Assembly: GCA_054661495.1 (NCBI GenBank)
Contig: BAAFSQ010000359.1
Location: 1 to 9,031, forward strand
Origin: Zygophlyctis sp. KS116
Lineage: Eukaryota; Fungi; Chytridiomycota
Direction of reading: 5' to 3'
Length of the DNA: 9,031 nucleotides
Positions within the stretch are counted from its first letter, which is position 1. The number at the start of each line of letters is the position of its first letter. Positions 7,983 through 9,031 of the stretch are shown piece after piece. The notes beneath the pieces are model-generated. The model made no database searches, was not told the DNA's origin, and saw only the letters and a program-made list of their open reading frames with translations. Position numbers and translations under genes: made by a program.

Positions 7983-9031
7983 ATGCACCTACCAATGCTA
8001 TTTGGAAATCGTTCTACTAATAAAGAAGCCGCTCAATCAGAAAACTTAGATGATGCTCCTGTACATGATCAGATTGATATGAATCAAAGAATTCAAGCCG
8101 GTTGGAAGATGGCTCAATCTCAGCAAAAATATTCCTACAGTAATGTAAAATCAAAAGTTCGGCAAAGATTTGACATAAGAGGAGCGGCGATGGGCATGAA
8201 TAATACTAATTCTGAAATAAAGGAGATTTCTAGGAAAATTGATGACGGTTGGAAGCGATCTCTCAATACAAATGCTGTCCGAGAAAAGGTTCGGACAACC
8301 AAAAGAGAGAATATTAGATCTGCTGCATTTGGCTTTGGAAGTTCAAAAGAAGATAAAAACGAAGAGAGTTATGAGATTCAAACCCACTTAGAAGAAGGAA
8401 TGAAAAGAGCAGCGAAAATGAAAGGGATAGCACCTGAACTGGAGGTTAAAGGATATCGAAGGAACAAGACAGGAATTAGGAGTGCCGCAATGGGTATTTC
8501 CTCAGTAGATGAGCAAAAGCTAGGATCATCTTCCAGTCTTGATGAAGCTCGGGAAATTCAAAATCATTTAGAAGACGGAATGAAGAGAGCAGCAAAAATG
8601 AAGGGCATTGCGCCTGAATCTGAGGTGAAAGGGCATCGTAGAAATAAGGCAGGAATTAGGAGTGCCGCCATGGGAATTACGAATGTAGATGAGTCAAAAC
8701 TAGGATCTTCATCCAGTCTTGATGAAGCCCAGGATATTCAAAATCATTTGGATGAAGGTATGAAGAGGGCAGAGAAGATGAGGGGAATCGCTCCTGAGGC
8801 AGAAGTTAAAGCACATCGAAGAAACAAGGCAGGAATTAGGAGTGCGGCCATTGGCATTTCTTCTGTAGAAGAAGCAAAACTAGGATCTTCATCTAGTCTT
8901 AATGAGGCTGAAGAAATACAAAATCATTTGGATGAAGGTATGAAGAGGGCAGAGAAGATGAGGGGAATCGCTCCTGAGGCAGAAGTTAAAGCACATCGAA
9001 GAAACAAGGCAGGAATTAGGAGTGCGGCCAT
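7983..9031 (+). CDS. Hydrophilic tandem-repeat protein of unknown function (5' part; runs off window)
   Basis: Stop-free frame from ATG 7983 (or 7995) to the window end, ~349 codons; missing from the ORF track because it has no stop. Many differences between repeat units are synonymous third-position changes, which indicates coding constraint. Confidence 0.85.
   Translation, partial: MHLPMLFGNRSTNKEAAQSENLDDAPVHDQIDMNQRIQAGWKMAQSQQKYSYSNVKSKVRQRFDIRGAAMGMNNTNSEIKEISRKIDDGWKRSLNTNAVREKVRTTKRENIRSAAFGFGSSKEDKNEESYEIQTHLEEGMKRAAKMKGIAPELEVKGYRRNKTGIRSAAMGISSVDEQKLGSSSSLDEAREIQNHLEDGMKRAAKMKGIAPESEVKGHRRNKAGIRSAAMGITNVDESKLGSSSSLDEAQDIQNHLDEGMKRAEKMRGIAPEAEVKAHRRNKAGIRSAAIGISSVEEAKLGSSSSLNEAEEIQNHLDEGMKRAEKMRGIAPEAEVKAHRRNKAGIRSAA
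8373..9031 (+). repeat. 180-bp / 60-aa coding tandem repeat, at least 3.7 copies
   Basis: Units start at 8373, 8553, 8733 and 8913. Approximate consensus EIQNHL(E/D)EGMKRA(A/E)KM(K/R)GIAPExEVKxHRRNKAGIRSAAMGISSVDExKLGSSSSLDEAx. 8739-8851 is identical to 8919-9031. Confidence 0.97.

Noticed and set aside
8373-9031. Regular repeats as a CRISPR array or non-coding satellite
   Set aside because: No repeat-spacer alternation; the 180-bp units are contiguous, in frame, stop-free and vary largely at synonymous sites.

Overview
AT-rich, gene-dense eukaryotic DNA. The gene content and tiny GT-AG introns suggest an early-diverging (chytrid-like) fungus; this is inference. Every spliced gene has ultra-short 25-30 nt introns, so the ORF track fragments most genes. 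From left to right: a frameshifted HTH-like ORF remnant (<1-844); a 611-bp internally deleted hAT-type transposon (861-1471) with TAGTGTAC terminal inverted repeats, symmetric subterminal palindromes and a hAT dimerisation-domain fragment; a class-3 lipase pseudogene truncated at both ends and fused to the 3' remnant of a paralog of the next gene; a Cys-repeat protein with a GPI-like tail (2183-2749); a small single-pass protein ending in YENPLY (2932-3360); a signal peptide/10-Cys/stalk/TM/SH3 receptor-like gene (minus strand, 3510-5054) lying head-to-head, 77 bp apart, with an intact 6-exon class III alcohol dehydrogenase/GSNOR (5132-6385); a 5-exon UPF0658-like polytopic membrane protein (minus strand, 6566-7767); and the 5' part of an unrecognised protein built of 60-aa (180-bp) tandem repeats that runs off the window end (7983->9031).
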